A program made the translations under genes and the position numbers. 48,119 nucleotides of DNA from Thermodesulfobacteriota bacterium (GTDB lineage: Bacteria; Desulfobacterota_D; UBA1144; Nemesobacterales; JAJCZQ01): contig CBDBDR010000009.1 of NCBI GenBank assembly GCA_965203965.1, forward strand, positions 1 through 48,119. The letters run 5' to 3'. Of the stretch, positions 36,969 through 46,881 are shown in pieces (position 1 is the first letter of the stretch; each line of letters starts with the position of its first letter). The notes under the pieces were generated by a model that made no database searches, was not told the DNA's origin, and saw only the letters and a list, made by a program, of their open reading frames with translations.

Positions 36969-37332
36969 TGAATTTACTACTTCGGGATTGGACGCTATTA
37001 GCGCTGAAAGAATTGAGTTGCGCGATTTTCCTAAAGTGGCACTTGAATTTGACGGGGCGTCTATTCAACAAATTTACCACGCTGAAGATCCATCTAAACA
37101 AGTCGTTGGATTACGTAAGTGGAGATTAGATTATAAGGCGATAATATATTACATGGACAAAACGAGTATAGATATGCACGTAGGGGTGATTTTAGTGTCG
37201 TTGGATAAATTAACATCTAATACGGGTCATCGTTTTACATGCCCGGCTATTAGTGAAGAGAGGTACAATGCTCAAAGTAGTGATGAGCCTAAAAGTTTAG
37301 AATTATCAATTGAAGTTTTAACAAACGCTTAG
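36937..37332 (+). CDS. Probable tail terminator protein
   Basis: 131 aa directly before the tail tube gene; position-based call. Confidence 0.5.
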   Translation: MINQIRNQILDEFTTSGLDAISAERIELRDFPKVALEFDGASIQQIYHAEDPSKQVVGLRKWRLDYKAIIYYMDKTSIDMHVGVILVSLDKLTSNTGHRFTCPAISEERYNAQSSDEPKSLELSIEVLTNA

Positions 37333-37343
37333 GAGGTTTTATT

Positions 37344-38135
37344 ATGGGACAATTTTATTTTGGATTGGGGGCCATTGGAGTATATGAAGATAATGCTTTA
37401 CTCGGTTTTTCCGAGGTTCCGGGAGAAATAAAAGCTACAATTATGGGTGGGATTTCCAGGTCTATGGGGGGAGCCTCTTTGTATCCCGTTGCGGCAAGAA
37501 AAACACGGTCTGAAGGCGGTGTTACAATATCGTTAAACGAACGACCGGAATGGGTAGACGAACTTGCAAACGCTGGGAGTAAAGAGGATACGGCAGCAGC
37601 TGCCGCTGCAACAATTACATCTGTAAATTCTACGGGGACATCTGTCGCTTCGTTAACTGTTACTGCTGATGCTGATGCATATTACGGAACATATTCAGTG
37701 AAAGTTACTGGCGCGTCTGCGGTTGAAGTGACTTATACCGGTGCGGGCGGCGTGATAAAAGATGATATGACATTAACAGTCGCCGCCGCCGAGTTTAAGA
37801 CGACGGGCGTAAAAATCTTAAAACCAAGTTCGGCTACTTTGGTGACCGATGATGTTACGGTTTATACTATCACTCCCGCACATGACGGGATATCAGTCAT
37901 TTCCGTCCCGCAAATCAAAGCAAGCAAAGAATACTCACTTAAAGCTTGGAGTGCAGTTGGAGGAGCGAGTGACTCTATTGAGGAATTAGAAATTCCAAGA
38001 TTGATATTTGATGGTGCGGATTATGGATTTACGGACAATGAACCTGTCACCGGGGTAGAAATTACTGGGAGTTTGTTGTCACCGACAAACGGAGAGTCCG
38101 TGCTGAAAAGAAAAATAATTAAAATAACGGCATGA
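37344..38135 (+). CDS. Major tail (tube) protein
   Basis: A/T/G/S-rich 263 aa, AGGAGG RBS, upstream of the chaperone and tape measure genes. Confidence 0.7.
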   Translation: MGQFYFGLGAIGVYEDNALLGFSEVPGEIKATIMGGISRSMGGASLYPVAARKTRSEGGVTISLNERPEWVDELANAGSKEDTAAAAAATITSVNSTGTSVASLTVTADADAYYGTYSVKVTGASAVEVTYTGAGGVIKDDMTLTVAAAEFKTTGVKILKPSSATLVTDDVTVYTITPAHDGISVISVPQIKASKEYSLKAWSAVGGASDSIEELEIPRLIFDGADYGFTDNEPVTGVEITGSLLSPTNGESVLKRKIIKITA

Positions 38136-38811
38136 GTAAAATTCCAATTATTGAAATTTCAGAGCCCGATTTTGTTCCGGTCGAAGTGTGTGTCAACGAT
38201 ACATATCGTAAAGTTTTACATCTCCGACCATTCAGCCTGAGGGATGAGGCATGGATGCGGGAGATATTTGAAGATAATGAGAACATCTTTACGGATATTG
38301 AAAAAAATAAAGATATGACGCGGATTATGCAAGTATTTGTTCATCAATTAGTTGATGATGACCGAGTAGACTTAGCGAACGAATTAAACACAACTCCTGA
38401 AACATTAGCGGACAAATTAATGAGTGTATTGACTATTGAGGCGCACGATAGTACTGGGTATGGATCGTGCGCTGCAATTATTTACGCTTTGGGGAATGCA
38501 TATAAAGTTAGTTGGCCTGAAATTCCAGAATGGAAACATGTAAAAAAAAATCTACGCCGTCGTGGGGTGAGGTGGTCATTTATATTTTGCGCAACCGCGG
38601 GGGTGGCAATTGTTCTTTGCACGACTTATTTGATTATACTCCGCGATGTCTTTTGTTTATTTATGAAGAGTTGTTAGCACAAAATTTTGAGGAAATAGCA
38701 ATGAAATCTGGTTCTATGAGTTATTCGGATATTCGTAAAAGAACTCGCGGGAGTGACTTAAAGTTATTAAACGATGATCAGAAAGATTTTATCCGAAACA
38801 ACTTGAGATGA
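38132..38811 (+). CDS. Tail assembly chaperone pair (G, 38132-38677; GT by -1 frameshift to 38811)
   Basis: Slippery A AAA AAA at 38542-38548 in the G frame; the -1 frame is open to 38811; lies between tail tube and tape measure. Confidence 0.75.
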
Positions 38812-38815
38812 GAAT

Positions 38816-41341
38816 ATGGCAGAAGTTAGAGAACGTGTTACAATTAAATTTGCGGGAGATGATAAAGAACTCCGTAAGTCTATTCGCGATGTTGATAAAC
38901 AGATGTCTGACTCTCAACGTAAAGCCGGAGATGCTTATAAAAAATCGGGTCAAACTCATTCGCGAGTCGTATCTAAAAAGAAAAGAGAAGTTGGAGCATT
39001 AGAACGTTCTTGGAGTGCATTAATAAAAACAATTGGCGGATTAACAATTGGTTTTTCAGCAGCTTCTGTCGGGTTTATAAAATTATATAGAACACAAGAA
39101 CAAGCCGAGCGTCAATTAAACGCCGCGTTAAAAGCAGTAGGATTCCGTGTTGACAAAAATGTTTCTAAAATTCAAGCATACGCCGATAAGTTACAATCAG
39201 TTTCGGGGATTGGAGATGAAGCGTCTTTGCGTGTATCGTCATGGTTAGTACGGTATGCTCAATTGAATGAAGATCAAATAGTCCCGATGTTGGATACGAT
39301 AGCAAATGTATCGGCCTCTTCTCGTCGTGGACTAGAAGGATTTGAACGAATCGGGGAACGACTGGCCAGATCTTTGGCCGATCCATTAACGGCAATGGCT
39401 CAATTTGAAAGATACGGTGTATCAATTACAAAGCAAGAAGAGGAATACATACGCCAGCTTGTTGAAGGAAATAAAACTCAACAAGCGCGAGAAATTTTAA
39501 TTAATAAATTGGCGAAAGCGAATAAGGGAGCATTGGACGCGGCTATTGGGGGGACGACCCGATTTCGTACTATTACTGCGGACATCGGGGATATTGGAGA
39601 AAAAATAGGGAAAATTTTAACTAATGTATTTGAGCCTGCTACGATACGTGTTCAAAAGTTTGTGGGCAGTCTTAAAAATGATAAAGAGCTTTTTGATAGA
39701 GTTCGTGAAGACATTGAAGCTATTTCAAAGGCGGTTGGCGGATTAATTAGAATAACGTTTTCAGCATTTGCCGGGCCTATTGGGAAAATTTTAACAATAT
39801 TTAAAGGTCAAATTAATGATGTACTAAAATCTGTTAGATCTAACATTGATAAGACAATTAATATTTTAGAAAAATTCGCACGCGTCGCAGCTGGAATTTT
39901 TATTGTTACAAAAGTAAAGGCTTGGGGAACTGCTTTAGTGTTAGCGCTTAAAGGAGTTCGCGCGGGGTTTACCCTCGCACGTATTGCGGCATCGGCTTTT
40001 TGGGGGAGTGTAACTTTGGGATTAGGATTAGTTTTAGCATATTTGCCGGAAATTATTAATTTGGTCAAAAATAATTTTACGGCTATGAGCGAGTTGTTAT
40101 CTGGTGTTTTTCGTGCTATCGGATTTGGAGTTCAATACAACTTGGCAGTAGTTAAAAAAACGTTTTTTTCAGTGTTGGCAGAAATTGTTGAAAAAATTGC
40201 GAGTCTTCAAGATATTAAAGGTGTGCCGGATATTATTTCACAAGAGACGGTTGATAAATTTAGTGGGTTGTCAAAAAAGTATACGGATGATCTTTCTAAC
40301 TTAAGAGATAAAATACAAGATAACGCCAAAGGAATACGTCAAGCCGCGTCAAAATTGTCTCTTGATTTTTCATCCCCCAAGGTTGTAGATATTTTAGATG
40401 ATAAAGATACGGGAGATGGAACTGACACGGGAGATGGAACTGACACGGGAGATGGAACTGACACGGGAGATGGAGAAATTTCTCCACGAACAGATCTTTT
40501 TTCATTAACCCCTGAGCAAGTGAACCGTCAAATTGACTTGCTCAAATTAGCATTAGAAGGAAAAGAACAAGCCGAGATTGAATTTTGGAATAGAGAACAA
40601 GAGCTTAAAAAGTTACAACGGGAAATAGAAATTGCTGAAGAGTTATCCCATAAGGGAAAATTAAATGACGCTGAAACTCAACATTTGGCGCAAATGAAAA
40701 AATTGCACGATTTAAACCATAAACAATTAGAAAAAGATAAACGTGCTTATTATAATAGAACTTTGAAAGACAAACAAAAATTTGGACTTTCAGAATTGCA
40801 ATCAACTTTTGGAACATTAAGTTCTATTATTGGTTTAGAGGGTCGCGCCGCAAAACTTTCATCCAGTATTGGAAAAGCGCGAGCAATCCAGGGGTTAATA
40901 ACACAATTAAGAACCGCCGTTCCGAGCGTATTCACAAAAACATTAGACGCTATGTCGTGGATTCCAATTCCCGGCGCCGCACATGCGATAGCTGCTGCCG
41001 CCGCGGGAATTACTTCAGCGACAGCGACACGCGGTGTTGCGTCGGCAAAGTCTGTTCCGGAGTTGAATAGAACAGTAGCTTTAGCGAAAGGTGGAATGAT
41101 TGACGGAAATCCGGCGTTTGGGGATAATTATCGCACAATATTGCAAGCTGGGGAAGTCGTAGTTCCAAGAGAAAATTTTAACGAATTGAAAGAAAAGATA
41201 ATTAGAGATAATTTAGCAAATCCCCCAGTATTATCCGAGTCAGATGCTCCACGAGAGATTGATTTGTTAGTTGAGTTCAAAAGTGATGCTGCTAAATTAC
41301 TTCAAGAAATTCGCGAGGAAAGAGAGGTATTGGACTATTGA
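38816..41341 (+). CDS. Tail tape measure protein
   Basis: 841 aa, helical, QEQAERQLNAALK, LADPL..M..FERYGV, C-terminal LAKGG...GEVVVP. Confidence 0.9.
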   Translation: MAEVRERVTIKFAGDDKELRKSIRDVDKQMSDSQRKAGDAYKKSGQTHSRVVSKKKREVGALERSWSALIKTIGGLTIGFSAASVGFIKLYRTQEQAERQLNAALKAVGFRVDKNVSKIQAYADKLQSVSGIGDEASLRVSSWLVRYAQLNEDQIVPMLDTIANVSASSRRGLEGFERIGERLARSLADPLTAMAQFERYGVSITKQEEEYIRQLVEGNKTQQAREILINKLAKANKGALDAAIGGTTRFRTITADIGDIGEKIGKILTNVFEPATIRVQKFVGSLKNDKELFDRVREDIEAISKAVGGLIRITFSAFAGPIGKILTIFKGQINDVLKSVRSNIDKTINILEKFARVAAGIFIVTKVKAWGTALVLALKGVRAGFTLARIAASAFWGSVTLGLGLVLAYLPEIINLVKNNFTAMSELLSGVFRAIGFGVQYNLAVVKKTFFSVLAEIVEKIASLQDIKGVPDIISQETVDKFSGLSKKYTDDLSNLRDKIQDNAKGIRQAASKLSLDFSSPKVVDILDDKDTGDGTDTGDGTDTGDGTDTGDGEISPRTDLFSLTPEQVNRQIDLLKLALEGKEQAEIEFWNREQELKKLQREIEIAEELSHKGKLNDAETQHLAQMKKLHDLNHKQLEKDKRAYYNRTLKDKQKFGLSELQSTFGTLSSIIGLEGRAAKLSSSIGKARAIQGLITQLRTAVPSVFTKTLDAMSWIPIPGAAHAIAAAAAGITSATATRGVASAKSVPELNRTVALAKGGMIDGNPAFGDNYRTILQAGEVVVPRENFNELKEKIIRDNLANPPVLSESDAPREIDLLVEFKSDAAKLLQEIREEREVLDY
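40406..40474 (+). repeat. In-frame 18-bp tandem repeat (DTGDGT, about 4 copies) in the tape measure gene
   Basis: GACACGGGAGATGGAACT repeated. Confidence 0.9.
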
Positions 41342-42465
41342 GATGTGAATTTTTTCTTATTCCCAAATATCGTTCGGATGTCTTTGGTGAAAAACAAAAT
41401 ATTACACGAGATGTTTTAACACCACCTAAGATTTCTTTACGTAGAGAGTCATCTCAGTGGTCCTTTGGATTTTTTGTATCTGACATTTTGAAATTAGAAT
41501 TACAAAATGTTAATAACGTGTATTCGGATGATCATCCGGATTCCGTTTTCAAAGGCGGGATAAACGGCGCAAGGTTAGAAATATCTTTAGACGGTGTTGT
41601 TTTTTGGCACGGAATTGCTACGGAAAAAGGATATAACAATGATTTTCAAAAACAAAAAGTAATAATACCGTTTCGGTCCCCTGATGCTATTTTAAATGAA
41701 ATTTCAACTAATTTTACAATTATCCGGAATGGACAAACAATATCTCAAGCGATTGCTTCTATTTTATCGTTTGAAGACTTAAGTGACTTCCCGTTAATAG
41801 ATAGCATTAACTCTTCAATTGTTATTTCTGACGTGAGTTCTTTAATACGAAATAACAATTCGAGTAAGGGGGTAATTCAAGAATTACTGAGGGCGATTGA
41901 TGGAATACTAACGTTTCGGCATGTGCAGCAAGATTTTCTTTTATTCGATAGAAGTTTAGGATATGATGACGGGGTAGAATTATCAAAAATATCTAAGTGT
42001 TTTGAAATACGTTCAAAAGATTCTGGCCATAATCAAATATTTAACCGCATTGTAATAAATGAAGTTAATTCTTGGGAAATTGCAAGATCAATTTTAGCAT
42101 TTGGATTGCGTCCGATTAATTTAGAGATTGCGTGGGTTTCATCGGTGCCAATACTCCGACTTTTGGCTTTGAATATTATTGAGAAATTGTCTTTTCCAAG
42201 AGAAAGAATTGTTGTGGTGATCCCCGCAGTAATTGATGAAGGTGAGATCATTCCGCCTTTGAAAGATATTTTCATCGGAAAAATTTTACAATGTCATTTT
42301 TCTGACGAAATTGCGAATCAAAATGTATATGGCAATACGACATTCGGAAGTTTATTTTTTGAGCGAGCAAACCGTCCCGCAGTATCGGGAGTTTATTATA
42401 TAGATCAAATTTCTTATGATTTAGCTTATGACTTAATTGAAATTGCAATCCGGAAGCGAATATAG
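41338..42465 (+). CDS. Probable tail tip / hub protein
   Basis: 375 aa coupled to the tape measure gene; position-based call. Confidence 0.55.
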   Translation: MRCEFFLIPKYRSDVFGEKQNITRDVLTPPKISLRRESSQWSFGFFVSDILKLELQNVNNVYSDDHPDSVFKGGINGARLEISLDGVVFWHGIATEKGYNNDFQKQKVIIPFRSPDAILNEISTNFTIIRNGQTISQAIASILSFEDLSDFPLIDSINSSIVISDVSSLIRNNNSSKGVIQELLRAIDGILTFRHVQQDFLLFDRSLGYDDGVELSKISKCFEIRSKDSGHNQIFNRIVINEVNSWEIARSILAFGLRPINLEIAWVSSVPILRLLALNIIEKLSFPRERIVVVIPAVIDEGEIIPPLKDIFIGKILQCHFSDEIANQNVYGNTTFGSLFFERANRPAVSGVYYIDQISYDLAYDLIEIAIRKRI

Positions 42466-42468
42466 CAT

Positions 42469-42627
42469 AAAAGTCAGTCCCTCCGGGTGACATAGAGGGA
42501 CTTTAAGACCTATGGACGTATATTACTATTAACCAAAAAGTTAAAATAAATGTAAAAATACTATTTACATATCTGTAAAAGCAGTATATAATATAATTGA
42601 GAACAAAAAATAATGGAGGTATTTAGA
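42469..42627 (+). repeat. Element copy 9
   Basis: Hairpin 42476-42502, promoter 42564-42592, GGAGGT. Confidence 0.9.
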
Positions 42628-42915
42628 ATGGAAACAAGAAAGATTAATGGAATTAAGGTTAACAGAGGAGACCTTATAGAATTTCGGGTTTCGCCGGAAA
42701 ATGAGGAGTTTGTATATAAACAATTTGACGGGTTCAAAGTTGGAGGACCCATTAAAGATAAGTTAGTTTTACACGCCACTGAGTCTATCGCATTTTGTGA
42801 AAAACTTTCCCACTTAAGGAAAGTAGGAATAAAACAATTTGGTCCTATTTCTTTTAGAAAGTATAAAGAACTTTCTAAACAACAGACTTATCGAGAGGAT
42901 ACAATTAATGACTAG
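42628..42915 (+). CDS. Hypothetical protein, KINGIK family copy 3
   Basis: ATG 42628 after the element RBS; paralogue of the genes at 8036 and 16742. Confidence 0.8.
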   Translation: METRKINGIKVNRGDLIEFRVSPENEEFVYKQFDGFKVGGPIKDKLVLHATESIAFCEKLSHLRKVGIKQFGPISFRKYKELSKQQTYREDTIND

Positions 42916-43093
42916 ATCCCGGATTGTAGACAGAGTATATACGGAGATTTATGGAAAAGGCGGGTGGAAAGGTACTACGGAAAATGAAATGAAAAAAGAA
43001 AATGGATTTATAACTTTCCGGTCAGCGATGAATAGATGGAATAAATTTACAAATCGTGCTGGGTTGGAAATAATATCCAAAACATACACGTAA
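42908..43093 (+). CDS. Hypothetical protein (61 aa)
   Basis: GAGGA RBS before ATG 42908. Confidence 0.55.
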   Translation: MTRSRIVDRVYTEIYGKGGWKGTTENEMKKENGFITFRSAMNRWNKFTNRAGLEIISKTYT

Positions 43094-43106
43094 AAAGAGG
43101 TGAAAT

Positions 43107-44120
43107 ATGAAAAAAATAGTTGTAGACTTTGATGGAACAATTGCGTTAACTACTTCCACTGGATGGACTCCAAATATCCCCGTAATTCAAAAGATTAATG
43201 CTTTATTTGATCTTGAGTATGAAGTTACGATTCAAACGGCGCGTGGAAGTATTTCATGCAAAACACGCGAAGATGCTGAAAAAAAGTATAGAGCGATAAT
43301 TGAGTTGTGGCTTAAAGAACATGAAGTTAACTTTACACGGCTATCTTTTGAAAAGCGATTAGCTTTATTTTATGTAGATGATAAAGCTTTAACGCCGGAT
43401 GAATTTAAAAATTTACAAATTAAAAAGATAACTTCTGGGTGGAGCGGAAGTAAAATATTTTCAGACGGCAACAAAATCTACAAAGAAGAGCCGTCAGTTG
43501 AAAGGGCTCGGTTGGTGATGCAATGGTATGAAAGTGTTGATGGAGTTTTGGATATTCCAAAGTTTTATCACTATGTGGGAAATACTATAGAACTAGAGTT
43601 CATCCCAAATACGTGGGGATTAATTTCGGTACTTCCAAAGCACTTTAACTTAATCCAAAGCACTTTGGACAAAATGAAAGATTTAGAACCAAACGGTCAA
43701 ATGACATGTTGGCAATACTGGAAAAATATCATTCAGTACATTAAAGACTCTAATGTCCCGGAGTTTGTAAAGCACATGCCGATGCCGGATTTAATTCCGC
43801 GTACTTTTGGTCATGGAGATTTTGGAATAAAAAATATGCTTTTTAAGGGAGATAAATTATACCTAATTGATCCACTTCCGCATGCATTTATGTCAATATA
43901 CATTGATGTTGCCAAACTTCTCGGCAGTATGTTCATTCATTCTTATTACGGACCAACTATTAAATCATATTTTGACAAATTGACAACTCAAAATGAATTA
44001 GATAAAAGACTCATAAAAAAGTTAACGATTTGCGAAATTATTAGAACTTATAAGTACGCGACAAAAGATAGAAAGCCGGGATTAATACAAGCAGTTGAAA
44101 CGGCAGAAAAAACATTTTAA
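43107..44120 (+). CDS. HAD-family phosphatase fused to an APH/choline-kinase-like phosphotransferase
   Basis: HAD motifs VVDFDGT, TAR, YVDDKA; kinase motifs GWSGS, HGDFGIKN, LIDP. Confidence 0.82.
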   Translation: MKKIVVDFDGTIALTTSTGWTPNIPVIQKINALFDLEYEVTIQTARGSISCKTREDAEKKYRAIIELWLKEHEVNFTRLSFEKRLALFYVDDKALTPDEFKNLQIKKITSGWSGSKIFSDGNKIYKEEPSVERARLVMQWYESVDGVLDIPKFYHYVGNTIELEFIPNTWGLISVLPKHFNLIQSTLDKMKDLEPNGQMTCWQYWKNIIQYIKDSNVPEFVKHMPMPDLIPRTFGHGDFGIKNMLFKGDKLYLIDPLPHAFMSIYIDVAKLLGSMFIHSYYGPTIKSYFDKLTTQNELDKRLIKKLTICEIIRTYKYATKDRKPGLIQAVETAEKTF

Positions 44121-44176
44121 AAAACTATTTACATTTTAGAAAAGTTATAATATAGTATAATTAAGAGGTATTTTAT

Positions 44177-44584
44177 ATGACAAAACATTACGATGTTGGT
44201 TTTACATGTTCAACTTTTGATTTATTACATGCCGGCCATTTAGTGATGTTAGAAGAGGCAAAGTCTTTATGTAATACGTTAATTGTGGGTTTGTTAATTG
44301 ATCCCACAATTGATAGACCTCAAGAAAAACAAAAACCTATTCAAACCGTATTTGAACGGTATGTTCAACTTTCCGCGTGCCGTTATGTTGATAAAATCAT
44401 CCCGTTTGGAACTGAGCAAGAAATTATTGACATTTTATTGACAATCAATCCGGACATTCGGATTGTCGGAGAAGAGTATAAAGATATAGAATTCATCGGG
44501 AAGTCTTTATGCGAAATTTATTATAACAAAAGGAACCATTCTTTTTCATCGTCAGACTTACGCATGCGGTGTAAAGAAAATTAA
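44177..44584 (+). CDS. Cytidylyltransferase, glycerol-3-phosphate CT (TagD)-like
   Basis: STFDLLHAGH (HXGH), ERYVQL..CRYVD, RNHSFSSSDLR. Confidence 0.88.
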   Translation: MTKHYDVGFTCSTFDLLHAGHLVMLEEAKSLCNTLIVGLLIDPTIDRPQEKQKPIQTVFERYVQLSACRYVDKIIPFGTEQEIIDILLTINPDIRIVGEEYKDIEFIGKSLCEIYYNKRNHSFSSSDLRMRCKEN

Positions 44585-44604
44585 ATACCTTTGGAGGTAA
44601 ATGT

Positions 44605-45318
44605 ATGAATAACGAAGCAGAAATTTTGGATATACAAGCCGCAGTATTAGAGGAGCTAAAAGCGATGCGAAGTTTGTTAAATATTATTGCAAAGCAAGAC
44701 GCGGTATTGGACGCAAATGTCGGTGAGTCTAAAAAGACTTCACCTACTACACTCACGATGGTTCGTACTGCAATTAAGCAGTCTAAATTTGGACCAAATG
44801 AAGTGAAGTTCATTTTGAATAATGAATATAATTGTTCAAATAGCTCACAATTGGCGAAAGATCGTTATGACGAAGTGATAGATAGATTTGAGAAAGGCGA
44901 TTGGACTTTAGATCTAATCAGCGAAACGATCACAAAGATTAACAAAAAAAAGCGCATATCGCTTAAAGACATCCGCGATATGATGGATAGAAAGTATAAC
45001 GTATCAAAGTTGGTTGACATGAAACCGGAAGATTATTCTGAGTTTATGGATGAATTACTTCAACTGGATGCCGAATCACAATCGCATTCGCAAAATGTGA
45101 AGGAAAAAATGACTTTGACAAAAGACGACGTTTTATCTGCAGCCAAAGAAGCGTTGGCCGAGGGTATGAGTTCTCAAAGACTTAAAGATTTTCTTATCAC
45201 ATTTGGAGTTACTAAAGTTAGTGAATTGCCAGAAGAGCGATACGGAGAATTTGTTGAAAGTCTTAAAGAAATTAAACAGCTCCCCGAAGAGGAGTTGCCG
45301 GGAGAATCTTTGCTATAA
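44605..45318 (+). CDS. Protein with three copies of a small helical module, typical upstream partner of DUF2800
   Basis: Repeats EYNCSNSSQLAKDRYDEV, KYNVSKLVDMKPEDYSEF and TFGVTKVSELPEERYGEF. Confidence 0.6.
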   Translation: MNNEAEILDIQAAVLEELKAMRSLLNIIAKQDAVLDANVGESKKTSPTTLTMVRTAIKQSKFGPNEVKFILNNEYNCSNSSQLAKDRYDEVIDRFEKGDWTLDLISETITKINKKKRISLKDIRDMMDRKYNVSKLVDMKPEDYSEFMDELLQLDAESQSHSQNVKEKMTLTKDDVLSAAKEALAEGMSSQRLKDFLITFGVTKVSELPEERYGEFVESLKEIKQLPEEELPGESLL

Positions 45319-46361
45319 TGCAACATTCTTTGTACGGCGGTTCAAATTCACATCGGTGGTTAAATTGTCCTGGGTCAATTAAGTTGACCCAGGAGATAAT
45401 TGGCACAGAATCACATTTTGAAACTTCTATGTATGCAACTGAGGGATCGGTTGCACATTATGTCGCATCGTGGATGTTGAAAAATTCAGGTCTTTCATTT
45501 CCCGAATCTGAAATGAAAGACTATGTTTTAGAATATGTAAATTATGTAAAAATGTACGTATTGGATTCTAAAAAATTACATATCGAAAAGACAATTTCTT
45601 GGGATCATGTCATACCTCATTCTTTTGGAACTCCCGACGCCGTGTATGAGGGGAATAGTACTGTTCATATTTTTGACTTTAAGTACGGGATGGGAATAAA
45701 AATTCCGGCAATTGAAAATCATCAGCTTATTACGTACGCAGTTCCATATTTACAATCAAATATGACATATTATTTACACATTATCCAACCGCGACTTAAT
45801 CATTATGACATTTGGGAAGTATCATCTGACGATATTGAAAATCATGCCGCAAGAATGAAAAGTGCATATTCAAAAAGTATTTCAAAAGATCCACCGTTAT
45901 CGGCTAATCCAAAATGGTGTAAATTTTGTCCGGCAATTCATAGATGTTCTGCTGTCAAAGAGTATGCTTTTGAAAATATTCCCGATGTGTCATTAAGCAT
46001 TACTAAAAAAGAAATGACAATTCTTAAAAATAAAGATTTGATTTTTGAATATCTTCGCAGATTAGAGGAAAAGATAATCACTCACATGCAGCTGGGCGGT
46101 AGAATTGACGGCGTGCATTTGGGGAAAAAAAGAAGCTTTATGAAGTACACCGGAGACGCAGAAATGGTTCTTAAAAAAGAACTTGGCGAAAATGCTTATG
46201 CGAAAAAGTTAAAACCTATCGGGAAAATTAAAGACTTAGTCCCGAAAGAACTTTTAGATAAGATTACTTTCAAACACTCCGGCGGCCATAAAATCAATTT
46301 TACTCCGGGTGAAATTGATGTTAATCCAGAATACGTTCTGGAGGGAGGAATAAATGAGTAA
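45318..46361 (+). CDS. Cas4-like PD-(D/E)XK exonuclease (DUF2800 family)
   Basis: RWLNCPGS, ATEGSVAH, FGTPD, DFKYGMG, IIQPR, WCKFCPA. Confidence 0.88.
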   Translation: MQHSLYGGSNSHRWLNCPGSIKLTQEIIGTESHFETSMYATEGSVAHYVASWMLKNSGLSFPESEMKDYVLEYVNYVKMYVLDSKKLHIEKTISWDHVIPHSFGTPDAVYEGNSTVHIFDFKYGMGIKIPAIENHQLITYAVPYLQSNMTYYLHIIQPRLNHYDIWEVSSDDIENHAARMKSAYSKSISKDPPLSANPKWCKFCPAIHRCSAVKEYAFENIPDVSLSITKKEMTILKNKDLIFEYLRRLEEKIITHMQLGGRIDGVHLGKKRSFMKYTGDAEMVLKKELGENAYAKKLKPIGKIKDLVPKELLDKITFKHSGGHKINFTPGEIDVNPEYVLEGGINE

Positions 46362-46881
46362 TACAATAGTAATCCAGGAAGCGAGATTAAGTTACCCGTC
46401 ATTGTTTGAAAAAGAAGTCTTTGAAGGAGTGCCGAATAAATATAAATGCACTTTAATTGTAAATAAAAAAAATAAAGATTTGATGGGGATGATCAATGAT
46501 CAAATCGTGAACGCTTTACAATCTAAAAATGTAAAAATCGGAAAAGAATTTTGGCCGATACGAGATGGAGAAGATAATGAATTTCCGGGGCATTGGTTAA
46601 TAACAGTTGGTTCACATTCACGTCCATTCGTATTTGATGAAGAGGGAGAATTAGTATCAAAAGAAGACAATGAAGTAAATCAAACAATTTATCCTGGGTG
46701 CTGGGTGAAAGCTTCTATAAGTTTTTGGGTAAATTTAAAGCATACAAAAAGAGTAGTTGGTGAATTGCACGGAGTTAGAAAATTAAAAGATGATGAATCT
46801 TTTAGTGGAAAACATTCTAAAGCGGAGATAATGTCTGATTTGGGCGTCGCTGAAAACTCGGGAGGGATAGACTTATTATGA
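46354..46881 (+). CDS. Single-stranded DNA-binding protein (DUF2815 / gp2.5-like)
   Basis: ARLSYPSLFE, IRDGE, IYPGCWV, VRKLKDDESF. Confidence 0.85.
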   Translation: MSNTIVIQEARLSYPSLFEKEVFEGVPNKYKCTLIVNKKNKDLMGMINDQIVNALQSKNVKIGKEFWPIRDGEDNEFPGHWLITVGSHSRPFVFDEEGELVSKEDNEVNQTIYPGCWVKASISFWVNLKHTKRVVGELHGVRKLKDDESFSGKHSKAEIMSDLGVAENSGGIDLL

